From the NCBI GenBank assembly GCA_951406725.2, contig OX597829.1:46562001-46626000 (forward strand): DNA of 64,000 nt, read 5' to 3'. The notes under the pieces are model-generated. The model saw only the letters and a list, made by a program, of their open reading frames with translations. It was not told the DNA's origin and did no database searches. A program made the translations under genes and the position numbers. The stretch is from Octopus vulgaris. Lineage: Eukaryota. Shown piece after piece: positions 28,530 to 43,076 of this stretch; positions within the stretch are counted from its first letter, which is position 1, and each line of letters opens with the position of its first letter.

Positions 28530-28637
28530 CACGTTGAAAAGCACCGGTTCTCGTCCGATCACCGAAGTTAAGCAACATCGAGCCTAGTTAGTACTTAGAT
28601 GGGTGACCGCTTGGGAAACCTAGGTGCTGTAAGCATT
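28526..28637 (+). pseudogene. 5S rRNA retrocopy lacking the first ~10 nt, fused to a retroposon 3' tail (28648-28705)
   Basis: cacgttgaaaagcaccggttctcgtccgatcaccgaagttaagcaacatcgagcctagttagtacttagatgggtgaccgcttgggaaacctaggtgctgtaagcatt matches animal 5S rRNA including boxes A and C; no oligo-T terminator. Confidence 0.9.
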
Positions 28638-28702
28638 ACCTATTGTCAAATGGCGGTGCCCCAGCATGGCCACAGCTCGTGAGCTGAAACTAGAATCAAT
28701 CA

Positions 28703-28743
<41 letters not shown>

Positions 28744-28747
<4 letters not shown>

Positions 28748-28952
28748 GGAAGCTTTACGAAAATAAACAAAAGACGAAGGCAGGTGGAATACAAACAAAC
28801 AATTGTATTAGTATGGCGCTCAGGAATAGAAATAGAAAAAGTCTTTTACGTTTCGAGCCTACGCTCTTCAACAGAAAGATACACAGAAAAGAAACACGGA
28901 GAGAAACAAGGAGAGAAAAAAAATGCGTGCAGAAGCTAGCGAATCAACATGG

Positions 28953-28954
<2 letters not shown>
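28744..28954 (-). mobile_element. Short hammerhead-like element, family D, inserted in (TA)n
   Basis: Minus strand tcttt-CTGTTGA-A-GAGC gtag GCTC-GAAAC-GTA-aaaga (28842-28879); close copy at 50742-50953, diverged copy at ~48810-48985. Confidence 0.7.
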
Positions 28955-29021
<67 letters not shown>

Positions 29022-29755
29022 AGATTACTGGTTGTTGTTATTAACTGCTTGTCACAATGCGCTTCAATGCTTTGAAGCATAGAGTATAGATGACAAACGA
29101 TAGTTGCAACTTACGGTTCGCCTCCAACTGGTTGGGTTTGCACACGTTCCCACTCTTCCATCACCAACAGGACTTTCAGTGGGTGGAACGACGGATGAGG
29201 TCATCATAAAGAGACATATATGTACGTCATTGGATTACAGTGATAAACGCTTGTGCAGCACGAATGCCACTTACTGAGATTCTGTGATCGATACCTAGTG
29301 ACAGGCTAAAGCTGGATGACCAGTGATCACGTGAAGCCCCTTTACATTAATGTCCTTCTTTCAGAAGGATGCAGTAAAACCACTCCCGATGGTTTTACTG
29401 TGGTTTGCCCAGAAACCAACTAAGGACATTTCTTCGTCACCGTTATCAGAGGCATTGTCATCATCATGAGCAAGTTAACCCATAGCTGGGATCCTAACAT
29501 CTACAAGTACTCAGTTCAGAATTTAATCCGGAAGAAATACTGGCCAAGAGGTGGTTCCATACTTCTCAAAATTTTTGGGACTCCTGAATCAGAGTCCCAC
29601 TAACAGATGCAGTTTAGAGCCATACGGAGGTCATACATAGATACATACATACATATATAATGCATACATACTCATACATTCTTACACGTACATACACATA
29701 CATACGTGTTTAAATACACACACATACAAACATACATCCATAGACATACATACAC

Positions 29756-29981
29756 GCGAGCTGGTGGAAACGTTAGCACGCCGGGCGAAATTCGTAGCAG
29801 TATTTCGTCTGTCGTTACGTTCCGAGTTCAAATTCCGCCGAGGTCGACTTTGCCTTTCATCCTTTAGGGGTCGATAAATTAAGTACCAGTTACGCACTGG
29901 GGTCGATGTAATCGACTTAATCCCTTTGTCTGTCCTTGTTTGTCCCCTCTGTGTTTAGCCCCTTGTGGGTAGTAAAGAAAT
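29756..29981 (+). mobile_element. SINE family B
   Basis: Match to 285-516. Confidence 0.85.
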
Positions 29982-30411
29982 ATATATACATACACATTCA
30001 TACACATTCATACACATATATACATACACATTCATACATCTTTCATCTTTTACCTTTTACCTTTTGCATATACACTGCCAAATGGTTGGCGTGATTACTT
30101 TGTGAAGTTGAGGGACTCTAATGATCGAACCAGGTTTCACACTATTACGGATTTATTCCACAAGGATTACTCTACTAACAATATACCAACGCCATCGAAT
30201 AACCTATTCAATTTCTTTAGTCCATTGTGATAATGTGGTTTCTGCCTGAAGAAGATGTTTCAGTATTTCTCAACATATGAAACTGTTAGTAGTTCTTAAA
30301 GACATGCATCGTGCCCTTTAAATAAATAATATTTATCACTCACCAGATGGAGTACTTCTTTTGTTGAATTTTCTATCACGGTTCAGTACATTACATATAT
30401 ATATATATACA

Positions 30412-30805
30412 CTAGCAGTATCGCCCGGCGTTGCTCGGGTTTGTAAGGGAAATAACTATAAAGCATTTTTAGAGAGTTATAGCCAAAAAATAGCAAAAAA
30501 ATGCATTGAAAATGGAAAAAATATGATGGTAGATTTTTTTTTAAATCGTTGACTCATCGTAGACATTTTAAAGAGTTACTTCCCTTATATTAAAAAAAAT
30601 ATGCATTAATATGGGAAAAAATGATGGTAAATTATTTTTAAAATTGTAGACTCATCGTAGACGCGCGCTAATAACCAGAAGGGCTCGATATGAATCACGA
30701 CTATAAGATACCCGGCTTTGGTTAAACTGCACCGCAAAATGTGGGAGTAGTTAGCAATCTAAATCGGAGTAGACAGACACACAACCTTACTTTTATAGAT
30801 AAAGA
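30412..30805 (-). mobile_element. Non-autonomous Helitron
   Basis: TC...hairpin-CTAG on the minus strand; homologous to 9467-9766. Confidence 0.85.
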
Positions 30806-31050
30806 TATGTATGTAGGTTATAAGAGATAATGCTGTCATTGAGACCCAAAGGTATCAGGTAATGCTGAATAAGTGCTGTAGACAGACCGTAGTTAAGTTC
30901 CAGATTCAGTAATATTACGAATAAATGGTTCAACGTTGGTTTTATGTCAGCGTGTGTATACAAGATTTTTTTGCGTAATAAGATAAGAAAAAAACCAAAG
31001 CTGTATAGATATTAGAGCATTTATGAATAGAAGGTCTCACAGTTGTTTCT

Positions 31051-31249
31051 AGTGTTTGTCCCCCCAACATCGCTTGACGTCCGATGCTGGTGTGTTTACG
31101 TCCCCGTAACTTAGCGGCTTGGCAAAAGAGACCGATAGAATAAGTACTAGGCTTACAAAGAATAAGTCCTGGGGTTGACTTGCTCGACTGAAGGCGGTAC
31201 TCCAGCATGGCCGCAGTCAAATGACTGATACAAGTAAAAGAGTAAAGAG
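31051..31249 (+). mobile_element. SINE family A, 3' half
   Basis: Match to the 3' module and tail. Confidence 0.8.
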
Positions 31250-32387
31250 TATCGCTCACTTATTATTCCATGTTTGAAGAGCGTAAGGGTATCAGGGGAA
31301 GGAAATTTCGGTGCTATTTTTAGCAGACAGCACAAGCGCTTAGAGGGGTTGCTTTTTTTTTTTTTTTTTGGCATCGGCTCGTATTGAACACAGGATCACC
31401 GTGCTGTTAAACATCAATATATCCCACTTAGAGGTCACCGTGACCGACCGAAACTTCTTAACGTTTCACATTATAGTTTGGCAAAAATTATAGAACTTAA
31501 CGTTTCCTTTAACTGCGAAACACTTGCTTTTTATGTATCACTTACAAATCAGTTACATGTCGCTAAATTATTTCTTTAATGTGAAAGATTTGATAATTCT
31601 TTTTTTTTTTTTTTTACAGAAAATATCAAAGTGATTGCGAATAATCTAAAGATTTATGATTTGAAGATTGACATTTTTGGGGAAGTTTTTTTCCCTCCTA
31701 TTACTTCTAACTTCTATTAGCTCCTATATTTTATCATTATTTTTTTTTTATCCAATCGATGTTTTACTCATTCAATGTGCAGCCGTATTTGTATCGAATA
31801 CATTGTGGAATATTTTTCTATTAGCAAGTCATCATTATGTGTTCTGAGAAAAAGCTATATGCTTTGGAAGGTAAACCAGTAAATAACACACGCGATAACA
31901 GAAAAAAGCAGTGCTATCTGATTAGATATTGTCAATGTAAATACATTGAATATGGTCTCTGAAGAATATATCTCACTAAGAAGAGTATGTTTACAATATA
32001 GACGAGAAAAAAAAAAAAAAGAAAGAGATTTCATGAAAATGCCTTTTCACATAGACGAACGAATAACATGCAAGTTATAATTACGTAAAGTAAGAAGAGC
32101 GAATACTTTTACAAAGTTATTTACATAGAATGTCTGGCAAGTTCGGTTGTCGTTTTAGTATGTACATACATACATATATATGTATATACATACGTACAAA
32201 CACATACACCAAGGCATACTTGTGTGTATAAATGTGTGTTTCATGGATGTATGTAGGAGAGTGTATGTGTATGTATGTATAGGCGGACGTGTGACATGTA
32301 AATGAGGGTGTGCGTGTGTGCGTGTATATATATATATACATATATCTGTGTGTGTACATTTAAAAAATATAACATATAATATAACGC

Positions 32388-32514
<127 letters not shown>

Positions 32515-32801
32515 GTATACAATAAATATATAATACAACACACACACACGCTCACACACACACATGCATGCACACACACATACACACTCGCTAATATCGA
32601 ACAGTGAATGCAAAACACCAAGACTGAGCGGGATATCGAAATAAATACACAGATCCTGGGAGGTAACCTAAATGAATACATTAAGCGTTATCTCCCTATA
32701 TATATATTACTACATAAATAATATTTTTATAAACAAATCCGAAAGGCTTTGCGAGTAACGGAGAGAAAGCTGCTATGGAAGGCTCATAGTATAATAACTG
32801 C

Positions 32802-32886
<85 letters not shown>

Positions 32887-34033
32887 TAATGATATTTATT
32901 CTCCGATTTTGAAGCGACAATTTTTAAATATAAGCAAATGACCGAAATATGATGAGCTAATCTCAAGCTGAATCGAAGCCACAAATCAATGCTTTCATGG
33001 CTCCTTGCGAATCTGATTGGCCAAACGCTCACCCATCAATTTCAGTCAAATTTAGTTAATATATACTTAAACTGTCTTAATACTACATAAATAATATTTT
33101 TATAAACAAACCCGAAAGGTTTTGCGAATTACGGGAAAACTCATAGTATAAAAACTGTACAATAACTGTATATATTATATATCATAATGATATTTGGTCT
33201 TCAATATATATATATATAATGTGGACTGGTGTACACATAAGCATAGGCATCCGCATACAAATATACAGATACGTATATCTCTGCAACATGTGTGTTGTTC
33301 ATTTTTCAGTATGTGCATATAATTATTTAAGGGATTTCAAAGACGCCAGACATAGTCCGTGGAGTTGTAAGTTCAGAAGTTCATAAACATATGTTTTTCC
33401 AGTGAATCATGTGATGCCTTCTGCATATAGATTTGTGAAGTTAGGGAATCCAACATAATCTCATAAAAGCATATGCCTTAAATATATAATGCACATATAA
33501 AGCCTAATGTGCTTATAATCGATATCCAAAATCTTACCCACGTGGGAAGGATGGCAAAGTGGGTGGGTGGGAATCATACTGCGTGGGGATCAATTTCGAC
33601 GTATGAATTGTTTCTTGTGCATGCAAGCGGAAAACGGCCCCCCCCACCTAATATTTGAAACGTTCATTGTTGATGTTGTGATATTTAATTTTTCTGTAAT
33701 ACAGAGGTCGCATTTGCTGCCCCGTCCCCTGTATTCGATGGCTTTAGCTTTGATGCTCCGTTTCATATGGGGAGATTGTTCACGCCACTCTCTTCATCTT
33801 TATCCATAATCGATAATTTTGTTGCCTGTTTTGTTTTTGTCTCTGATCGAGTATATTTAAAGCCAAAACAATGCAAGTTATAGAAATTAATAATATATGT
33901 TGGTACTTTTACCAGATATTTTCGATATTTTGGGGGGTTAAGACTGTTTCCTCAAGACATTTTGAAGAACATTTTTTTATTCGCTGACACTTGCACAGTT
34001 TTGACTTTTAAAAATTATTTCAAAATACAGTAT

Positions 34034-34452
34034 AGGCGCAGGAGTGGCTGTGTGGTAAGTAGCTTGCTAACCAACCACATGGTTCCGGGTTCAGTCCCAC
34101 TGCATGGCACCTTGGGCAAGTGTCTTCTGCTATAGCTCCGGGCCGACCAATGCCTTGTGAGTGGATTTGGTAGACGGAAACTGAAAGAAGCCTGTCGTAT
34201 ATATGTATATTTATATATGTATGTGTGTGTATGTGTGTCTGTGTTTGTCCCCCTAGCATTGCTTGACAACCGATGCTGGTATGTTTACGTCCCCGTCACT
34301 TAGCGGTTCGGCAAAAAGAGACCGATAGAATAAGTACTGGGCTTACAAAAATAATAAGTCCCGGGGTCGAGTTGCTCGACTAAAGGCAGTGCTCCAGCAT
34401 GGCCGCAGTCAAATGACCGAAACAAGTAAAAGAGTAAAAGAGTAAAAAGAGT
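34034..34452 (+). mobile_element. SINE family A
   Basis: Full-length match. Confidence 0.9.
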
Positions 34453-34760
34453 AATATGGATTCATAGAACCATGTGGCTATCAAAGAATGCTTCTCTAGT
34501 GGATCCCATTTTCATAGCACAACATGGAGGAGTTTAAATGCAGAGTTCTATGCAGCTGCAATCCAAGAGATCTAATCGAGAAAATTATTTCATGACGCGT
34601 GTGTAGACCATAAAAAGACAGGAGCTATAAGATGTAGAAATGTGTATTTAATCAATTGTTATACTTAGGATAACGGTCGTTTTGCTTTCTTCATCATGTA
34701 ATAATAATTTCAGTATATAATAAACTATTTTATGAGTAGCATGCATATTCGTACACATAT

Positions 34761-35125
<365 letters not shown>

Positions 35126-35213
35126 ATAATTTACTATCCAGTAAGATTACTCTCACATGTTGAAGACTGAGAAACGGGCGTGATCCTAAGGATAAGTCGT
35201 TAAATAAATATAT

Positions 35214-35330
<117 letters not shown>

Positions 35331-35342
35331 CATATATATAAA

Positions 35343-35550
35343 CGTGACCTCGTGTGTACCGTTGGCGGTTTTTTTTCCTCTGTCTTCCCTTCTCTGGATC
35401 TTTCCTTCTCCTATGTTTCCGACGAAGAGCTCCGCTCGAAACGTTAGACTCCCCCCCTTCTTTCCTTCTTTCCTGAGCATCCAATAATACTATATTTATT
35501 CCGCGTCCTCGCATTGTTGTGTTTTTTTGTGGTTTCTTGTTTGGATTAAC
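35343..35550 (+). mobile_element. Family C hammerhead-bearing element
   Basis: gttt-CCGACGA-A-GAGC tcc GCTC-GAAAC-GTT-agac at 35415-35449; TA-repeat flanks. Confidence 0.7.
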
Positions 35551-35659
35551 AATATATATATATATACTTTATTAAAAAGCAGCAAAATTATCAGAAAAAC
35601 TGTTACTTAAAGTTTCAGGCTCCCGTTTGTCGGACAGTTTTGTTTTGAATGGAGCAAGA

Positions 35660-36717
35660 TAAAATTATATACATAGAAAAAAGTTATCTAGATACATTTT
35701 TATTCCATCTAAATCGTTAAGTGTTTTTCCTTGCAATAGGTTTTATAGAGACGAAAACAAGTGCTAGTCGTATGGCAAAATATCAAGAGAATACGGCAGA
35801 TGGGGTAAGATATCCTAGCCAAGTTCATGTAACTTTGTTCGGTTAGCCAAAGACACATGTGGCCAGAAATTGCTGTTAGCAATCTCTGGCCTAAATTCTT
35901 TGATTTTTTAAAATTCAAATTAGCCAGAATTACTGGTCAGGTTTTATAGGAGAAGCTCATAATAAATAATTCCTTTATGATCCCACTTAACACAAAGCAT
36001 AGCTTTTTAAGCATGGATATTCGTCTTTGGTTGCTGTTTTGGGGTATCCTTATGCAAACTCCAGTACCATTTTCCCACTACGCTTTCGTACACAATCTAT
36101 TTGTCATATTTAGTCGGAAGTTGTTTCAAAAAAGGCATGCTTTCATTCCGTTTCAAAAGCATATCACAAACGGAATACCGGCCCAGGCATTATTTTCTGA
36201 GAGTTTGTGAGGTACCCATATATCATAGCGAGAAATGTATCCTAGATTCACTAGGTGTCCATGAGCCATACATTTAGAAACTTTCAACTCCTTTGCAAGT
36301 TCCCTAGTCGTAATAGTTTTCTTCGATTTTCTTTCCTTCGATGAGGGCGTTTTCTTCAAATTTTGAAGGTCCTCCTCTGCGACTTTAAATTTTGAAAAAT
36401 CACTTTAGAATAGTTGATTCACCTACAGAATTATCACCGTGAACTTCATAAATATTTTTAAAAGTCTTTGCAGCACTTTCTCCTTTTTTAAAAATGAAAA
36501 GCATTACAACGCGAATATGATATTTTTGGTTGTCCATTTTTAAATGTCAATAAAGGATAACCGGAATGAAAGCTAAATCTATTTTTAGTCAGGAACAAAG
36601 AGATGCACTACCACTTCAAACAACACCAAAGTTTTAACTGTTACGTTTCAAATGTGTTCAGTGAAGCGTAAAAAGATTTGGCTTTAAAACGCACAAAACT
36701 TTACGGACAACCTAATA
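35660..36717 (-). mobile_element. Decayed mariner transposon
   Basis: TIR ta-ttaggttgtccgtaaagtt at the 36717 end; MDNQKYHIRVVMLFIFKKG, TTRELAKEL, WVPHKL, WDHKGIIYYELL, HLPYSLD (YSPDL-like); stops and frameshifts. Confidence 0.85.
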
Positions 36718-37320
36718 GATCTTCAGGTTTACAAATATTTGGTTATGTAAACGTTTCCCAGCAGTATGAGATCTTGTGTTTCATCGGGTGATATATAAAT
36801 ATTGTTTGTGTTTTTCGTAAACTCAGACTGAGTTTGCAGAATCTTTATAAGTCACATGAGGAAACACAAAATCTGATAAGGCAGGGAAACGGTTACATAA
36901 ACAAATACCTGCAAAACTGAAGAACTACGCCGCAAGGAAACCACTATAGTGATTACAAATAAATGTTCCCGCCGTACTCCTTGTTAACTCCAACTTATTC
37001 AAATATTCACTCACACACAACAGAAGTCCCAACGCAACCCTGGTAATAGGTATAATAGTATTGTTGGATAGAGCTGGGTAAAATCTGAAGGTGAACGTGC
37101 TTTACACTGTATTTTACTACCTTCTTAACAGAGTATAACCTAAGCATGTATATATATATACACACATATTGTAGTGTGAAGTGAATTAGGTCTTCCTTAT
37201 ATTGTTTATATCAAATACATTACATACATATCCTTATATATATATCAAATACATGGCTGTTTTATAATATAGAACTAAATGTAAGGATAAGCTAAGTGGG
37301 TAAGTCGATATACAAAAACT

Positions 37321-37467
37321 AAGAGTGGCTGTATGGTGAGAAGCTTGCTTTCCAGTTACTTGGTTCCGGATTCAGTCCCATTGCGTGCCACCTTTGGCAA
37401 ATGTCTTCTACTATAGCTTTGGGTTTTGTGAGTGGACTTACTAGAAGGAAACTTGAATAAGCCCGTC

Positions 37468-37540
<73 letters not shown>

Positions 37541-37758
37541 GTATGTATAATGTATTTGTGTGTCTGTGCCTGTCCCCCACCATCGCTTAAAAACCGATGT
37601 TGCTGTATTGCATCCCTGTAACATTAGCGGTTCGACAATAGGTCCGATAGAATAAGTGCTAAGTTAACAAAGAATAAGTCCTAGGGTTGATTTATTCGGC
37701 AAAATAAATTGCTCCAGCATGGCCGCAGTCAAATGACCGAAACAAGTAAAAGAATAAA
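37321..37758 (+). mobile_element. SINE family A, older diverged copy
   Basis: Colinear but more diverged. Confidence 0.8.
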
Positions 37759-38209
37759 CAAGTTAGGCAAGTGGATATAAAAAATATTAAATACGTTTAA
37801 TGCAAAAAAATGTACATATGTACACGTAAAAAAAAGGCCGACGTACACAGAATACGAATGATATCAGGAGCTAAAGGGGCTGAATATGAAGTTTACGAGT
37901 CCAATAGCTGCTTCTGGGGCCTTGGTGTTCCAAAATAATGATTATAAATTGATTCCATCATCGGATAATACGAGCTTCCCTCTTTAGGAAAGAATTTTAT
38001 GTTTGAGTTGTTGACAGAAAGGAGATTAAAGAATGACCTTTTTTATGTAAACATATGTACATGTATTGTATTAAATGTATTTAATATTTTTTGTTTATCC
38101 GCTTGCCTGACTTGCTTATCCTTGGATTTACTCCTCTACCAGCTGAAACTTGAATCTCTTGAGCACTATGAAGTGTACAGTATTCTATATGGAGGATATC
38201 TGTCTCTCA

Positions 38210-38271
<62 letters not shown>

Positions 38272-38901
38272 TTTAAGCATATCTCTATATCTTTGCGTAT
38301 ATATATACATAAATATATGTAACAGAAGATTCAACCAAAATGCTGTCTTCTCACATTTTGTTTTCGTGTTTCTTCTATTATTCAATTTTTTTTAGTTCGT
38401 TATGATATGCGGTTTGTGACTGAAGAATATATTTGAGCATTTCTCAACGTATAAAACTATTAGTAGCACTTAAATACATGTATTGTGTCCTTTAAATAAA
38501 CAGTTAGGTAGATGGCTAGATGATTACATACATAGAATTTAACAAGAAAAAAGTATACAAATTAATACCAAAATGCTAATGCACAAGTATATAACACGTG
38601 CCATACATATTATATAAAAGTAATTAGGAGTTAATTGGTAAACAATTTTAAATCCTCATTTGATGTTTTTACTGAATTCTTTTGCCTCCAAGAAAACGCA
38701 TTATTTCTTACGTCTGTTCTGTCATTCTTTTCAAATGAAAAGGTTGTGAAAGTCGAAAAATGACGATGGCCTAGAGAGTGTTGTTGTTTCAAGTAAAACA
38801 CAGAAGACCAGTACGGAAGTATGACAACATATTTAATAGGAAAAAATTTAAACTGGAAAAACAGCCATGTATTTGATATATACATGTATTTATATATAAA
38901 C

Positions 38902-38934
<33 letters not shown>

Positions 38935-39000
38935 CACACACACACAGACATGCAGGCAGACATACATCTATACATATGCAATTATATTCATCTGCAGAGA

Positions 39001-39041
<41 letters not shown>

Positions 39042-39142
39042 GCATATGCATATATATACATATGTATGCATGTGTGCATATATGTACATATTTATAAAAA
39101 AAAATATATATATATATACACATAAATATATACATATAGATA

Positions 39143-39186
<44 letters not shown>

Positions 39187-39204
39187 GTATATATATACAC
39201 ACAC

Positions 39205-39238
<34 letters not shown>

Positions 39239-39393
39239 GTGTGTGTATATGTATATATATATATATGCATATCCATATGCACGCATGTATATATGGGCTC
39301 GCACTTAAATTTTAGAAATGGTTGTATGTAAAACACCGCATGCATTAAACTTCATAGCTATTATTTATTTATGTAATATATATATATATATAT

Positions 39394-39497
39394 CACCGGC
39401 AGGGGGTGGTGATCCCTGCTGTACTCTTTCACCACAATGGCGGTGCCCCAGCATGGCCACAGCTCAAGAGCTGAAACTGGAAAAACAAAACAAAACA

Positions 39498-39500
<3 letters not shown>
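39394..39500 (+). mobile_element. Chimeric retrocopy: internal fragment of the 63322-63711 SINE joined to the short retroposon tail
   Basis: ggtggtgatccctgctgtactctttcaccacaa matches the minus strand of ~63542-63575, then tggcggtgccccagcatggccacagctcaagagctgaaac. Confidence 0.75.
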
Positions 39501-39557
<57 letters not shown>

Positions 39558-39966
39558 GACAATGAAATTGGTGAAATTACCATAAAAAATTACCTCACTT
39601 AAGATAAAAATGTTGAGTTCCGGCTTCGAAGTTCTTGAAGTACGGCGCCCAGAAATTTGTGAATTAACATTATTTGACTACGGTGACTTAGACGAGAATT
39701 GTTTTCAAGGAAAAGGTGTTGGAGCGTTAACGCTTTCGGATCATTCCTAATGTTATGAACAGCATAGACGGTATTAAATTGATTAAAACGGATATTGAAA
39801 GTACTTATTTACTTAATTATTTCCTTTCTGTTTGATCAGTGAAACCGCTGGACCCTGTTTTCACCTAATTTCATCCGTTGTCTGGAGGTAATATAGTGTT
39901 AAAGAAACCAAAAATGTCTTGTTGCTTAGAAAGCTTTGAACTCCCGTAAATTATTTTCTTTATCAT

Positions 39967-40216
39967 TTCACTCTCACTTGTTTCATTCATTGGAATCGGC
40001 CATGCTGGAGTACCACCTTGAATTGCTTAGTCAACCGAAGCGATAACCAGTTATCGATTATTTTGTTTTTGTTTTTTTTTTGTTTTTGATGTATTTTCAG
40101 CCTGGTGTTTATACTATCGCTCTTTTTTGCCGAGCCGCTACGTTACAGAGACACAAAGAGGACGACACCGGTTATCAAACATTAGTGGTGGACAAAAAAC
40201 AAACACATACACACAT

Positions 40217-40254
<38 letters not shown>

Positions 40255-40498
40255 ATACACGCACGCACACACACACAGTAACGCACACACACACACGCAC
40301 ACACACACACTAACACACACACTCATATATGTATATGCGATGGGCTTCAATAAGTTTCCAACTACCACATCAAGTCACTAAGCTTTGCGCCGGAGCAACA
40401 CTGGAAGGCATATGTCCAAGGTACCACGCAAAGGGACTGCTGCACCCGTAGCCCCATATCTGGGAAGCAGACTTCTCGCAACATAGCCACGTCTCTGT
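39967..40498 (-). mobile_element. SINE family A, old diverged copy
   Basis: Degenerate head, CORE-like block and tail with expanded (CA)n. Confidence 0.65.
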
Positions 40499-41121
40499 CT
40501 TACTATGGCAAGATTGAAAAATAAAATGCCAGTTATCACTACCATTTTCCAAGAGAACAAGCGAAGAAATTGATGCCTATGTGAGTTTAATCATCATAAT
40601 TTATGAGTTGGATGCAATACAGCATTTTTCAGCCGGTTACACTTAGTAAGTGTTTAATGCAAAGACAGCTTGTATAGACACACTGAGGAAGCTAATCATA
40701 AACATATATAGGGACATGAAAACCTTCATATTCATGTATGCGTGTGTATATGTGTGTGAATTTATGTGTGTGCGTGAGTGAGTTCTTATGTTTACACCGC
40801 ATCAAAAAGCGGAGCTGTTTACGTCCTACCTCTTCATAACCCGTAGCGCAGCGACTCGACAGATATAACAAGATGTTGCAAAATGTCGGTCAGAATCTGA
40901 AATAATATCGGGTCGTTAGGATCGAGCAGAATTCTGGCAGGTGGTAGATTAGCATGACTTCAGTCAAATGAACTAAAGCCAGTAAAAATGAATAAATAAC
41001 TAAGAAGTTATCAAAGGTATATTGTGGTTATGGTATTACGGTGGAAACAAACGGAATAGCATTCATAGTAATTCGCTTAATACAAGTCGACATATTTTAA
41101 TCTATAATAATCTTCTGATGT

Positions 41122-41170
<49 letters not shown>

Positions 41171-41338
41171 TGTATATTTATATATGTATGTGTGTATATA
41201 TATACATATATATATATATGTGTGTGTATATATATATGTATATATATATATTATATAAATATATAAATATTTACATTATATAGATTATATATATACATAT
41301 ATATGTTATATAAATATGCAAATATATACATTGTATAG

Positions 41339-41376
<38 letters not shown>

Positions 41377-42201
41377 ATATAAATATACAAATATATACAT
41401 TATATAGATTATATATATATGCAAGCATAAATAGGTGTATATATATATATATATATATACTTACACACTCGCACACACACATATATAGAATATATATGCA
41501 TACAGATAGAAATGAACGAATGTACATATACACATATATGTATCCATTCATATAGCTTACACACATGTTTATCTACACACATACACACATGTATATACGT
41601 ACGTATGTATGTACACACACACCACACACCACACACACACAATTCACACACCACAAACACACACACACGACACACACATACGCACGTGAAATACATGCTG
41701 CCAAAGGGATCCAGAATAATAATCTATAGTTAGCTTTGATACTGCAAGCGCTTCCAAAGGATATAAAACGGATAGAAATCTGCATATGTGTGCAATATCG
41801 ATTTTAAGTGAGCTATATAAGACTGTTGTACCCCCCCACCGCTATATTCACATCGCTATATTCACAACAAACATACGTATACACTACTTCTTTGTGTTGC
41901 ATGGCTATAACGCGTAAATCTTTGCATTGTAAGAAAGCAATTATGGTGTAAATAATAACGCAAAGTTTTGCACAGATGCGATATATGGGCATGATATCCA
42001 ACTCATAAATATATCTGGAAGTCATTAGCATACAAGTGAACCAGATGTGTGAAGCAATATGCAACTGCACCGCGTTTATGCATGCATGCTTGCATGCAGG
42101 CAGACATGTGGTGTGAATATCTGCATGTTATACATATAGCTCGCAGAATAATAACTGTGTAATCAGTTACGGAATATATATGTATATATATATATATATA
42201 T

Positions 42202-42247
42202 ATACACGTACGCGCATGTATAAAGATTTTTGAATTTAATATCATAA

Positions 42248-42290
<43 letters not shown>

Positions 42291-42415
42291 TACACGTACG
42301 CGCATGTATAAAGATTTTTGAATTTAATATCATAAAAAATTATATATATATATATATATATATGCACACATACACGTACGCGCATGTATAAAGATTTTTG
42401 AATTTAATATCATAA

Positions 42416-42460
<45 letters not shown>
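42202..42460. repeat. Three-unit tandem repeat with embedded variable (TA)n
   Basis: Unit tacacgtacgcgcatgtataaagatttttgaatttaatatcataaaaaat(ta)n repeated three times with an identical core. Confidence 0.9.
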
Positions 42461-42465
<5 letters not shown>

Positions 42466-42744
42466 TATATATATTTATATAATACATACATACATACGTA
42501 TATATATATACCTATGGTGATGCAAACAGCATAACTAAGCTTAAAATATGAGTAATATGAATATATTTTTATCAATATTTAATGGAACCAACAGAGTGAG
42601 TCAAGGTCGCAAAGTTTCGTGCTTTGGCACTTATCAAGCTCTTTGATTGGTGTCAACGAAAGACACTGTCGAACCTTGAGTCACTCTACTGCTTGCGATA
42701 AATATTGAACAAAAAACAAATTATATATATATGAGTGTGTGTTC

Positions 42745-42817
<73 letters not shown>

Positions 42818-42937
42818 CATAACTACACAGACACAAGCACACACACACGCACATACATACATATGTACGTATGTGTGTAAATATGTAACATATATAAGTG
42901 TAAACGTACACTCGCACGTTTCCCTCTTTATGCATAC

Positions 42938-43024
<87 letters not shown>

Positions 43025-43044
43025 TGTGTGTATTTCTGTGCGTG

Positions 43045-43068
<24 letters not shown>

Positions 43069-43076
<8 letters not shown>

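Noticed and set aside
28526-28637. Functional 5S rRNA gene
   Set aside because: 5' end missing, no oligo-T terminator, solitary, and fused to a retroposon tail.
42202-42460. CRISPR-like repeat-spacer array
   Set aside because: Spacers are only (TA)n, the context is eukaryotic, and no cas genes are present.
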